Positions 20,511-31,238 of a DNA stretch of 64,000 nt are shown here, in pieces (within the stretch, counting starts at the first letter, position 1; every line of letters starts with the position of its first letter). Below the pieces are notes generated by a model. The model had not been told where the DNA came from and searched no databases. It saw only the letters and a list, made by a program, of their open reading frames with translations. The position numbers were made by a program, and so were the translations under genes. The DNA is from an uncultured cyanobacterium (lineage in GTDB: Bacteria; Cyanobacteriota; Cyanobacteriia; Cyanobacteriales; Nostocaceae). The stretch covers positions 576,001 to 640,000 of the forward strand of contig OY970166.1 in the NCBI GenBank assembly GCA_963706595.1, written 5' to 3'.

Positions 20511-22232
20511 ATGCACACCATTCTGATTATTGAAGATGAGCCTCAAATACGAAAAAATATTGAGCAAATTCTGAATCTAGCGGGATTTTCTACCATTACC
20601 GCAGAAGATGGATGTCAGGGATTACAGATGGCTGAAGAACATCGGCCAGATATGATTATTTGCGATGTCATGATGCCACACTTAGATGGCTATGGACTAA
20701 TTAAGATATTGCGTCAACAGCCAGCTACTGCGGAAATTCCGTTTATTTTTCTAACTGCTAAAACCGAACACTCTAATGTGCGTGAAGGGATGGGATTGGG
20801 TGCAGATGACTATTTAACTAAGCCCTTTCAAGTGGATGAACTCCTTCAAGTAGTTTCGACTCAACTGGAAAAACGCCAAAAAATTATCCAACGCTACAAA
20901 GGTCAGATTGAGGAGATGAAAGCTCAAATGCATTATCTGGTTCGCCATGATAGCGTAACCGATTTGTCCAATCAATTCTTTTTAGAAGAGTATTTCCATC
21001 AAATCCGTCTTCAAGCTGACAATCAGGGTCAACTTTTGCCCTTGTTACTGATTGATATAGACATCCTCTACCATACTAAATCATTTTTGGAAGCAAGTGT
21101 AAGGCACTTATTACTGAAATCTGTAGCTGAACGATTAAATCAGCTAAACTCCCAAAATCAGATTATTAAGTTTATAGCTTACTTCAAAATAGACCAACTG
21201 GTGTTGTTGTTAAACCCAGTAACAAACAATAAAGTGGCTGCTGAGATTTCTGAACAAATTTTAGATAGCCTATCACAACCTTTAAGTTTTAATAATCAGG
21301 AAATATCTGTTCAAACGAAAATTAGTATTGTTTTTTATCCAGAAGATGCCTTACAACTCAGTCAACTCTTGAATTATGCAGAAGTCACTTTAGAACATCA
21401 TAAACAAGACAATACAATTGCCTATCATTTTTATAATCAAGAAATACGTAACATTGTTTTTAAGAAATCTATTTTAGAAGCTGACTTTTTGCAAGCTATC
21501 AATAACAATCAATTTGAAGTTTACTATCAACCTCAAATCAATGTCAATACTGGCAAGCTTGTTTGTGTAGAAGCATTAATTCGGTGGAATCACCCGGTGT
21601 ATGGCATGATTTCGCCAGCAGAATTTATTCCAATGGCTGAAGACTCTGGCTTGATTATGCCCTTGGGAGAATGGGTATTAAAAACTGCTTGCTCACAAAT
21701 AAAAGACTTACAAGCAGAAGGATTGGGAAATTTTAATGTGGCTGTAAATATATCCGCTTGTCAGTTTAGACAAGAAAATTTTATTCGTCGCATTAATGAG
21801 ATTATTGCCAACACAAATTTTAACCCAGCGCTATTAGAGCTAGAACTGACTGAAACTATATTTATTCAAGATATTGAAGTAATGAGGAGCAGATTAAATG
21901 AACTCATGAATCATGAAATTAAACTTTCAATTGATGATTTTGGTACAGGTTACTCATCGTTTAAATATATCCAAGAATTTTCTTTTGGCAATTTAAAGAT
22001 AGATCAATATTTTATTAGAAATATTGATGCCTTGGAAAATAAGCAGTCAATTGTTAAAAGTATAATTCTGATGGCAAATAGTTTGAATATGAATATCGTT
22101 GCTGAAGGTGTAGAAACCAAGGAAGAACTCAATTGGCTAACACAAAACGATTGTACTGTCATCCAAGGATATTTTTTCAGTCGTCCTTTAGCATTAAAAG
22201 ACTTAAAGAATTTTTTACTAGCCCATAAGTAA
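20511..22232 (+). CDS. Response regulator REC-degenerate GGDEF-EAL (probable c-di-GMP phosphodiesterase)
   Basis: Receiver (CDVMMP); GGDEF position reads KIDQL; EAL domain retains EALIRW, ELELTE, DDFGTGYSS, AEGVE, QGY. Confidence 0.9.
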   Translation: MHTILIIEDEPQIRKNIEQILNLAGFSTITAEDGCQGLQMAEEHRPDMIICDVMMPHLDGYGLIKILRQQPATAEIPFIFLTAKTEHSNVREGMGLGADDYLTKPFQVDELLQVVSTQLEKRQKIIQRYKGQIEEMKAQMHYLVRHDSVTDLSNQFFLEEYFHQIRLQADNQGQLLPLLLIDIDILYHTKSFLEASVRHLLLKSVAERLNQLNSQNQIIKFIAYFKIDQLVLLLNPVTNNKVAAEISEQILDSLSQPLSFNNQEISVQTKISIVFYPEDALQLSQLLNYAEVTLEHHKQDNTIAYHFYNQEIRNIVFKKSILEADFLQAINNNQFEVYYQPQINVNTGKLVCVEALIRWNHPVYGMISPAEFIPMAEDSGLIMPLGEWVLKTACSQIKDLQAEGLGNFNVAVNISACQFRQENFIRRINEIIANTNFNPALLELELTETIFIQDIEVMRSRLNELMNHEIKLSIDDFGTGYSSFKYIQEFSFGNLKIDQYFIRNIDALENKQSIVKSIILMANSLNMNIVAEGVETKEELNWLTQNDCTVIQGYFFSRPLALKDLKNFLLAHK

Positions 22233-22289
22233 AAGTATGGCGATGTTGTCAATTGGGATGGCAAAACTAAAAAACGAAGGAGAATCATT

Positions 22290-25200
22290 ATGATTACTGT
22301 TAATTCATCAATTCTAGATATAGAAGAAGCCATTATTTCTTCTCCTTTAATTCTGACTGCTACAACTCTAGTAGTTGAAGCAATTCGCTTAATGAGTCAG
22401 GTACGTGATAGTTGTCAACTAGCGAATTCTGGGTTGATTCCATCTATTAACAAGTTAAATCTCGAAAAAGCCAGTTGCGTTCTGGTGGTTGATAATCAAA
22501 AGTTAATTGGAACATTTACCGAAAGAGATATTGTCCGTTGTACAGCAATGGAGATGAGTCTGGAGCAAGTAACGCTCGCAGAGGTAATGTCTCCAAATCC
22601 AGTCACTCTCAAAAAATCAGAATTTCACAATATTTTCGTTGTCCTGAATTTGTTCCGCCAATACAAAATTCGCCATTTGTCAATTGTTGATAATCAAGGG
22701 GATCTGATTGGGTTAGTGACTCCCACAACGTTACGTCAATTAATCAAAGTAGCTGATTTCTTAAAAATCCGTTGTGTTAAAGAGGTAATGGCTCCAGAGG
22801 TTATTCAAGCTGCTCCCACTGCATCAATATTAGATTTAGCGCAATTAATGACCCAGCATTCTGTCAGTTGCGTAGTCATTACCCAATCTGACACAGAATT
22901 TGATTCCCAACCTATTGGGATTGTTACAGAGCGAGATATTGTTCAATTCCGGGCATTAGCATTAGATCCTGTGCAAATCAAAGCTCATTTAGTTATGAGT
23001 TCACCCCTGTTTTATCTGCGTCCACAGCAGTCATTATGGGAAGCTCATCAACAAATGCAAAAGCTACGAGTTAGACGCTTAGTTGTAGTTGGCGATCGCG
23101 ACCAACTGTTGGGAATTGTCACCCAAACCAGTGTACTTCATACTCTTGACCCATTAGAGATGTATGAGACAGTCAATTTTTTACAGCAAAAAGTTTGTCA
23201 ATTAGAATCGGAAAAAATCGATATTTTGCACCAGCAAAATTTAGAACTGGAGACAAAAGTTCAAGAACGTACCACAAGATTAATCGCACAAGCAAATTCA
23301 GATCGACTCCTGGCTATACTTTCCCAACGGATTCGTCAATCTTTTGATATCAAAGTTATTCTCCAAACTGCTGTTTCTGAAATTCAACAGTATCTGCAAA
23401 CGGATCGGGTAATAATCTACCAATTTGAAGCGGAATGGAGTGGCAGAATTATTGCAGAATTCCTGGCTCCAAACCAAATTTCCCTACTGGGTGATGTGAT
23501 TCACGATTCTTGCTTTGCGCCTACTTGGGTTGAACCTTATACGAATGGTAGAGTGCGAGCAATTGATGATATTTATACTTCTGGGCTAGCAGATTGCCAT
23601 CTTCGCCTATTAGAAGAAAAGCAAATTCGCGCTAACTTGGTAGTACCTATTGTTTACAATAATCAGCTTTGGGGACTTATTTGCGCCCATCAATGCTCCG
23701 AAGCCAGATATTGGGAATCTACAGAAATTGAGTTACTGCAAAAATTATCTACCCAAATTGCGATCGCTATTCAACAGTGTCAACTTTATGAACAAGCACA
23801 ACAGGAAATAAAAGAACGCACTCAAGCCGAAGTCGCATTGCAAAAACTCAATCAAGAATTAGAAACAAGAGTAGTTGAACGCACTGCCGAATTACAGCAG
23901 AGTAATCAGAATTTGCTCTTAGAAATTCAAGAGCGCCAGCGAGTTGAGCAGGAGTTACGCCATAGTCAACAGCGTCTACATAATATTCTGAATAGTCTAT
24001 TTAGTTTTGTTGGTGTAATCAGTACCGAGGGTATTATCATCGAAGCCAATGAGGCATGGCTCAAAATTCCTAGCCTGACAGATAGTAGTGTAATTGGTCA
24101 ACCGTTTGCTCAAACTTCTTGGTGGTCTTATTCTGCAAAAATCCAAAATAAAATTCAATCCGCTATTAGCCAAGCAGCACAAGGTAACAGCATTCGCTAC
24201 GATATTCCAGTACGATTCACAGAAGAAAAATTTATTACAATCGATTTTTCCATCCAACCAGTTTTTGATGAATCTGGAGAGGTTAGCTATCTGGTAGTGT
24301 CAGGGATTGATATTACTGAACGCAAACAGGCAGAAGACACTATGAAAAAACAGTTAGCTGCTATTGAATCTACTATTGATGGCATCGCTATTCTTCAAGG
24401 TGATAGATATCTTTACGTAAACAAAGCCCACGTCCAACTATTTGGATATGATACAGATAAAGAATTAATCGGTAAAACTTGGCAAGAACTGTATACACCA
24501 GCAGAAATCGCTCGTTTTAAAAGTGATGTTTTTCCCATTTTGATAGAAAAAGGTCATTGGGGAGGTGAAGCAATAGCCCAGCGACGTGATGGTAGCACCT
24601 TTGATGAAGAGATATCACTGACCATGACTAACGATGGAGAATTGATTTGTGTTGGCCGTGACATCACCAACCGCAAACTAGCTCAACAAGAAATCTGCAA
24701 AATCTTAGAGCAAGAGAAGGAACTCAATGAACTAAAATCTCGTTTTATCTCAATGACTTCCCACGAATTTCGCACCCCTTTAGCAGTAATTTCTTCTTCA
24801 GCCGGGATTTTGAAAGAATTTAGTCACAAATTAGACGAACAAAAGAAACAAAAACATTTAGAATGTATTATCACGTATGTTAAACATACAACACAGTTGT
24901 TAGATGAGATATTACTAATTAGTAAAGCAGAAGCAGGTAAGTTAGCTTTTGAGCCTAAGCCGTTGGATTTAGTTGAATTTTGCCAAAAGCTAACGTCAGA
25001 AATGCAACTTAGTATGCCAAATAACACGATTCTTTTTTCTACTAATACCAAAACTGAAGTAATTGCCCTGGTTGACAAAAAACTGCTACGACAAATTTTA
25101 ATTAACTTACTGTCCAATGCAGTTAAATATTCACAAAATAATAGTTCAGTCAAGTTCGATTTGCAGATTACAGAACAAAGCATTATTTTTAGTATTGAAG

Positions 25201-25426
25201 ACCAAGGAATTGGTATTCCGCAAGCAATCAGACCCAATTATTTGAAGCATTTCATCGTGCGACCAATGTTGGTTCCATTTCGGGGACAGGTTTAGGACTA
25301 ACAATTGTAAAAAACTGTGTAGATTTACATGGGGGTAAAGTTACTGTAGTTAGCCAAGAGGGAATTGGGACTAAATTTACTGTGATAATTCCTTTGCAGT
25401 CTGTTAGTTCTGTGCAAAAACTGTGA
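22290..25426 (+). CDS. CBS-GAF(cyanobacteriochrome)-PAS-PAS histidine kinase; frameshift near the 3' end
   Basis: Tandem CBS domains; GAF with DSCF and CH; H-box SHEFRTPL; N-box NLLSNAVKY. A 1-nt deletion at ~25227 shifts the FHRA..GTGLGL G2 box; the restored frame ends at 25426. Confidence 0.88.
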
Positions 25427-25785
25427 ATAATATAAATACATCGACATAGTGATATTTATTGAGTGAGATGAAGACTTATGACTCTGCGAGAATTACTGAC
25501 TGATGATAATACAAAGTTACTGAAAAAATTTAAGTTGCTAAACTCCTTAAATTCAAAGAATGGTTAATATTTAATTGTCCCTGATTTTGTTGGGTTTCTC
25601 GGTCCTCAACCCAACCTACGAATATTTGATTTTGGCAGAGTGATAAAAGAGGGATAATTACCTATTGGATGCGCCTACACAGTTCAGGTTAGGCGATCGC
25701 ATCTCAATTCATCGGCAATTTTTAAGTATTATAGCTAAATAACATAGTATGATAGCTGACTGCTAAATTAAAAAATCTGAATACT

Positions 25786-27441
25786 ATGACCTGGTTTTCC
25801 TTGAGTGCAAGACGATGGAGTGGAATTCCACAATTTTTATCATTGTTTTGTCTTTGTGTACTTTTGGTTGTGAGTTGCGCTCCTCGCCAGCAGACAACGA
25901 CTTTATCACCTAGTACGGGTGATGGTAGAATTACTGTCGGTACAACACTCAAACCTCGAACCCTCGATCCGGCTGATACCTACGAGTTGGCTTCTTTGAG
26001 TTTAGTGTTAAATATGAGCGATCGCCTGTACACTTATGAACCAGGTAGCACAGAAATTAAACCCCAATTGGCGACAGCATTACCCCAAGTCAGTGCTGAT
26101 GGTTTAACTTACACCATCCCTTTGCGTCAGGGAGTGGTATTCCACGATGAAACTCCCTTCAACGCCAAAGCAATGGAGTTTAGCATTCAGCGATTTATTG
26201 AGAATAAGGGTAAACCCTCTTTCCTATTATCGGACACAGTGGCTTCAGTCAAAGCCACTGATGAGTATGAATTAACAATCCAGTTAAAAAAACCATTTGC
26301 GGCGTTTCCCGCACTGTTAGCATTTTCTGGAGCCTGTGCGGTGTCGCCAACAGCTTACGAAATTGGGGCGGGTAAATTTCAGCCTAACACTTTTGTGGGG
26401 ACTGGCCCTTATAAGTTGGCGCAGTATGGCACAGATTCCCTGAGATTGGATGTATTTGATCAATATTGGGGAGAAAAACCAGCTAATCAGGGCGTAAACG
26501 TGCAGATTCAAACTAGCCCGGTGAATTTGTTTAATGCTTTCAGTACAGGTACAGTGGATGTGGCTTATCTCTCCCTACAACCTGATCAAATTCGCAGCTT
26601 ACAAGCAGGAGCGAAAAAAGGGGATTGGCAAACAATTAGTGCTGAGGGTAGTGTAGTTAGTTATATGGTATTGAACCGGAATCAGAAGCCTTTAGATCAG
26701 CCAGAAGTTCGAGCTGCGATCGCCTCCATGATTGACCGTCCACTAATAAATGAACGAGTTTTACTTGGTCAAGCTGATCCACTATATAGCATGATTCCCA
26801 CCACTTTCAATGTTTCTCAACCAGTATTTAAAGATAAATATGGTGATGCTAACTTTGCTCAAGCTAAAGAATTATTAACTAAAGCTGGCTTCTCCAAAGA
26901 AAATCCCGCGAAAGTGCAAATTTGGTATCCTTCTAGTTCAGCTAGTCGCAGTTTAGCAGCACAAACCCTGAAATCTCTGGCTGCTCAAGAAATGGAAGGA
27001 ATGTTGCAAATAGAAATTAGTAATGTTGAAAGTGCTACCTTCTTTAAAGACATTTCCAGGGGTATATATCCAGCCGCTTTGGTTGATTGGTATCCAGACT
27101 TTTTAGATCCAGATAATTATGTCCAGCCATTCTTGTCTTGTGAAAAAGGCTCGAATGCTCAAGGTTGTGAAGATGGTGGTAGTAAAACCCAAGGTTCATT
27201 TTACTATAGCGAAGCCATTAATAAACTCATTGCTCAACAACGCCAAGAGCAAAACCCCGCAGCGCGTCAGCAAATTTTTACAGACATCCAAACACAAGTA
27301 GCTGATGATCTTCCTTACATTCCTTTATGGCAAACCAAAGACTATATATTTGCTCAAAACGGTGTTGATAATGTGCAACTTGATCCGACCCAGAATTTAA
27401 TTTATAAGTCTATCAAGAAAACCGTTACACCAAAATCTTGA
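25786..27441 (+). CDS. ABC transporter substrate-binding lipoprotein (peptide/nickel family 5)
   Basis: Lipobox VVSC, LDPA, LRQGVVFHD, VGTGPY. Confidence 0.92.
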   Translation: MTWFSLSARRWSGIPQFLSLFCLCVLLVVSCAPRQQTTTLSPSTGDGRITVGTTLKPRTLDPADTYELASLSLVLNMSDRLYTYEPGSTEIKPQLATALPQVSADGLTYTIPLRQGVVFHDETPFNAKAMEFSIQRFIENKGKPSFLLSDTVASVKATDEYELTIQLKKPFAAFPALLAFSGACAVSPTAYEIGAGKFQPNTFVGTGPYKLAQYGTDSLRLDVFDQYWGEKPANQGVNVQIQTSPVNLFNAFSTGTVDVAYLSLQPDQIRSLQAGAKKGDWQTISAEGSVVSYMVLNRNQKPLDQPEVRAAIASMIDRPLINERVLLGQADPLYSMIPTTFNVSQPVFKDKYGDANFAQAKELLTKAGFSKENPAKVQIWYPSSSASRSLAAQTLKSLAAQEMEGMLQIEISNVESATFFKDISRGIYPAALVDWYPDFLDPDNYVQPFLSCEKGSNAQGCEDGGSKTQGSFYYSEAINKLIAQQRQEQNPAARQQIFTDIQTQVADDLPYIPLWQTKDYIFAQNGVDNVQLDPTQNLIYKSIKKTVTPKS

Positions 27442-27497
27442 AAAACCTCACCCTTGCTTTATCCTGTGGGTAAATCTTTCCCTCTCCTGACTCAGGA

Positions 27498-27652
27498 CAC
27501 GGTATACACACAAGTTATCGAATTACCCCACCCTAACCCAGACCTTGGAAAGGGGAGGGAACTAGATTTTCCGGTTTCCCCCCTTTACAAGGGGGGATTA
27601 AGGGGGGTAAAACCCCGATCTCAAAGTAACTCCGATTTGTGTGTACACAGTG
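27498..27652. mobile_element. MITE-like element (GTACACACAA ends)
   Basis: CACGGTATACACACAA versus right-end reverse complement CACTGTGTACACACAA; GC hairpins inside; a partial copy at ~47269-47305. Confidence 0.65.
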
Positions 27653-27737
27653 GACTGACTAAGAAGAGGGATGTCTACTAGGACAGGGTGAGGTTTTAAC
27701 TTTTGGGTTGTCGAATTTATTTGAATACTTTGAAAAT

Positions 27738-28763
27738 ATGTCTCGATCTAAAGCTTTACAATATTACATTGCTTCTCGGTTAGTTCTGGCTCCACTGCAA
27801 TTGTTGACTATTATTACCATTGTATTTTTATTACTAAGAGCCACACCAGGAGATCCAGCAGATGCGATTCTGGGGGGACGTGCGCCAGAAGCAGCGAAGG
27901 AGGAGTTACGCCAACAATTAGGTTTAAATCTTCCTCTGTGGTTACAGTATTTGAATTATCTGGGAAACTTACTACGCTTTGATTTGGGGACTTCTTTAAC
28001 CAGTCGGGGACAGTCTGTTTGGGACATTATTGGGCAGTATTTCCCCGCTACGGTAGAGTTAGCAGTATCAAGTATGGCAGTAGCGCTGATTGTCGGTATT
28101 ATCGCTGGTACTCTTTCGGCTTCTCGTCCCGGTACTTATTTTGATATTGGGGGGCGATTATTTGGTATTATTACTTACGCACTGCCAATGTTTTGGGCTG
28201 GAATGCTTTTACAGTTAATTTTCTCAGTGCAACTGGGTTGGTTTCCTAGTTCTAACCGTTTTCCGCCTAACCTTCCGGCTCCTACTGCGATGACTGGACT
28301 ATATACCATTGATAGCTTACTGACGGGAAATTTCAGTCAGTTTTTTATATCTTTACACCATTTAGCCCTGCCTAGTCTGACTTTAGGAATTTTACTCAGT
28401 GGAATTTTTGAGCGCATTGTGCGCGTTAATTTAAAGGAAACTCTCAAAGCAGATTACGTAGAAGCCGCTAGAGCCAGAGGAATTGCTGAAAATAAGATTT
28501 TAGTCTCCCATGCTTTAAAAAATGCCTTAATTCCAGTAATTACAGTCTTAGGATTAACTTTTGCATCTCTGCTGGGTGGGGCGATTTTAACTGAAGTCAC
28601 ATTTTCTTGGCCTGGTTTAGCAAATCGCCTATATCAAGCCATTTCTGATCGTGATTATCCCACTGTCCAAGGAGTATTAGTATTTTTTGGGGCGATCGTT
28701 GTCACCGCCAGCATTTTAATTGATATTCTCAATGCTTATGTAGATCCACGTATTCGCTATTAA
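27738..28763 (+). CDS. ABC transporter permease (DppB/OppB type)
   Basis: PGDPA, EAA loop DYVEAARARGI, TEVTFSWPGL, RDYPTVQG. Confidence 0.93.
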   Translation: MSRSKALQYYIASRLVLAPLQLLTIITIVFLLLRATPGDPADAILGGRAPEAAKEELRQQLGLNLPLWLQYLNYLGNLLRFDLGTSLTSRGQSVWDIIGQYFPATVELAVSSMAVALIVGIIAGTLSASRPGTYFDIGGRLFGIITYALPMFWAGMLLQLIFSVQLGWFPSSNRFPPNLPAPTAMTGLYTIDSLLTGNFSQFFISLHHLALPSLTLGILLSGIFERIVRVNLKETLKADYVEAARARGIAENKILVSHALKNALIPVITVLGLTFASLLGGAILTEVTFSWPGLANRLYQAISDRDYPTVQGVLVFFGAIVVTASILIDILNAYVDPRIRY

Positions 28764-28799
28764 TTGTCACCACAGGTGTAAACTACAAACAAACACCAA

Positions 28800-28890
28800 T
28801 AGACATCTGGTGACAAAGGAGAAACGTTCCATGAAACGTCTCTAAAAGGGTTCACCGAAAACGCATATTTGAATTCGGTCGATGACCAAT
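28800..28890. mobile_element. Degenerate copy of the TAGACATCT miniature element
   Basis: TAGACATCTGGTGA end and an AGAAACGTTCCATGAAACGTCTCT hairpin. Confidence 0.55.
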
Positions 28891-28988
28891 GAATTATCTG
28901 TGTTCATCTGTGTTTATCTGTGGTTTTTTTTCTTAAAGAATGTCATCGCCCTTACCCTAGTTTAAATTACCAAAGCAACTTTTTATCT

Positions 28989-29777
28989 ATGTGCCGTTTA
29001 CTTGCCTATCTGGGTGCGCCTGTAACCTTAGAGGATATTCTGTATAAACCTGAGCATTCTTTGATAGTTCAGAGTTACCAACCCCGTGAAATGACTTCTG
29101 GAGTTGTGAATGCAGATGGGTTTGGTGTGGGTTGGTATCATAGTCAAAAACATACAGATCCATTTACGTACCGAAATACCCAACCTATTTGGAATGATTT
29201 AAATCTGCCTCATCTTAGCCGTTATGTGGAATCCAAGTGTGTACTTGCTTATGTTCGCAGTGCTACACCTGGACAAGCTTTAGATTTTGCTAATTGTCAG
29301 CCGTTTAATTATCAACAACAGCTATTTATTCACAATGGATATATTGAGAATTTTCGCAAAACATTACACAGAAAAATCCGCAGTATATTAACTCCTGATT
29401 TTTACGAACAAATTAATGGTAATACAGATTCGGAGCATATATTTGCGCTGCTACTTTCTCAAACTCAAATTAATAAACATCGACCTCCAGAGTCTGCTTT
29501 ACGCAATACTTTAGTAACTTTATTAGAAATGGCAAAACGCCATCAAGTCAAAGTTTCCGCCAATATCGTCTTCAGTGATGGAAATCGTTTAATTGCTTCG
29601 CGTTTTTCTACCAATGCGCCGGCTCCATCGCTATATTGTCTAAAAAATCATCAAAATTTTCCTAAATCTGTGATTATTGCGTCTGAACCGTTATTTACTG
29701 GTAATTGGACTGCTTGTCCAGAAAATAGCATTATCAGTGTGGGAGAAGACTGTGATATCCAGATTAAACCAATCTAG
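28989..29777 (+). CDS. egtC: Ergothioneine biosynthesis amidohydrolase
   Basis: Ntn-hydrolase start MCRLLAY, NADGFGVGWY, VRSAT, HNG, TDSE; clustered with egtB and egtD. Confidence 0.9.
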   Translation: MCRLLAYLGAPVTLEDILYKPEHSLIVQSYQPREMTSGVVNADGFGVGWYHSQKHTDPFTYRNTQPIWNDLNLPHLSRYVESKCVLAYVRSATPGQALDFANCQPFNYQQQLFIHNGYIENFRKTLHRKIRSILTPDFYEQINGNTDSEHIFALLLSQTQINKHRPPESALRNTLVTLLEMAKRHQVKVSANIVFSDGNRLIASRFSTNAPAPSLYCLKNHQNFPKSVIIASEPLFTGNWTACPENSIISVGEDCDIQIKPI

Positions 29778-31023
29778 TTTGAAAGAGGCTCTGTTTTGCG
29801 ATTTGCTTGAATGTCGTCTGAAAACTTTGAAGTTGTTTGAGGGGATAGATGAATCTACATTTTGTAGTCAGGCTCATCCTGAGTTTAGTCCGGTTGGTTG
29901 GCATTTAGGACATATTGCTTTTACTGAGTCTTTATGGTTACTAGAAACGAGTGGGGGTTTGCCCTGTTCGTTCCCCCAATACCGGAAACTATTTGCGGCT
30001 GATGGTTTACCTAAATCACAACGTGTGATGTTACCTCATCTACAGGAAACGCTTGATTATTTGGAAACGGTGAGAAAACAGGTTTTACAACGCCTAGAAG
30101 TTGTTGATATTGAGAAAGAAGAACGACTTTGGCGCTTTTTAATTCAGCACGAAAGCCAACACTGCGAAATTATGAGCTTTGTGCTGGAATTGATGAAGTG
30201 GGAAAAGAGGAAGATCAAAGAGATTGGAGAAAATATTAGTTATACTTCTCCCATCAATAATATTACGGAGATGATTTCCATCCCGGCTGGTGAATTTGAA
30301 CAGGGAAGTGATGATATCTATGCTTTGGATAATGAGCGCCCTGCACATAAGGTATATTTAGATACTTATTATATTGACCGATATCCGGTGACTTGTGGAC
30401 AGTATCGGCTGTTTATGGAGGCGGGAGGCTACCAAAATTCTCAATGGTGGTCAGAAGCTGGATGGGAATGGCGACAAACTGAGCAGGTGATGAAACCACT
30501 TTACTGGTCTGGGGAAGCCTCTTGGGATAATCACCCTGTTTGTGGTGTGAGTTGGTATGAGGCCGAAGCATATTCGCGATTTGTGGGGAAGCGGCTACCG
30601 ACGGAAGCTGAGTGGGAAAAAGCGGTTAGTTGGGATGCAAAAGCTGGTTGTCAACGCATCTATCCTTGGGGGGATGAATCACCAAGTTCGGAAAATTGTA
30701 ATTGCGATCGCCTCATTGGTCATACTACACCAGTGGATGCCTATCCAGCCGGACAAAGTGCATACGGTTTATACGATACTCTCGGTAATGTCTGGGAGTG
30801 GACTGGTTCCTGGTTTGATGGTTACGCAGGTTTCCAGAGTTACCCTTACATCGGTTATTCTCAAGTTTATTTTGACCACAAGCACCGGGTTTTAAAGGGT
30901 GGGAGTTGGGCGACACGTCATTGGGGACTGCGTGCTAGTTTTCGCAATTGGTATTATCCCGGCGTGTACCAAATTTTCGCCGGCTTTCGTTGTGCTGCTA
31001 GTGAAGTGTTGACTGCTGACTAA
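29752..31023 (+). CDS. egtB: Ergothioneine sulfoxide synthase (DinB-like plus FGE-like domains)
   Basis: SPVGWHLGH, QHESQHCE iron ligands, RLPTEAEWEKA, GNVWEW, GFRCA. Start uncertain (GTG 29752). Confidence 0.87.
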   Translation: MISRLNQSSLKEALFCDLLECRLKTLKLFEGIDESTFCSQAHPEFSPVGWHLGHIAFTESLWLLETSGGLPCSFPQYRKLFAADGLPKSQRVMLPHLQETLDYLETVRKQVLQRLEVVDIEKEERLWRFLIQHESQHCEIMSFVLELMKWEKRKIKEIGENISYTSPINNITEMISIPAGEFEQGSDDIYALDNERPAHKVYLDTYYIDRYPVTCGQYRLFMEAGGYQNSQWWSEAGWEWRQTEQVMKPLYWSGEASWDNHPVCGVSWYEAEAYSRFVGKRLPTEAEWEKAVSWDAKAGCQRIYPWGDESPSSENCNCDRLIGHTTPVDAYPAGQSAYGLYDTLGNVWEWTGSWFDGYAGFQSYPYIGYSQVYFDHKHRVLKGGSWATRHWGLRASFRNWYYPGVYQIFAGFRCAASEVLTAD

Positions 31024-31172
31024 AAAATCAATCGTATCCGTTTTTATGAGAAAATCCTTAAAGATGGCTTAAAAGCTCGATTAATCTGGCTCAGGCGTGA
31101 TGCTATGGGCTATGGCTATGTGTTTCACTTGCTTGAGTCCAGGTTTGCTTTCAAAAGGAATCTAATATACCA

Positions 31173-31203
31173 ATTCGTAATTCGTAATTCGTAATTCGTA
31201 ATT
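31173..31203. repeat. Heptamer STRR (AATTCGT) x4
   Basis: Tandem repeat seen directly. Confidence 0.85.
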
Positions 31204-31238
31204 AAGAAAGAATTGGTATCTTACACAATGGAGGTTGA

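Noticed and set aside
27454..27681. 75-aa ORF between the ABC genes
   Set aside because: It lies almost entirely within MITE and hairpin repeats.
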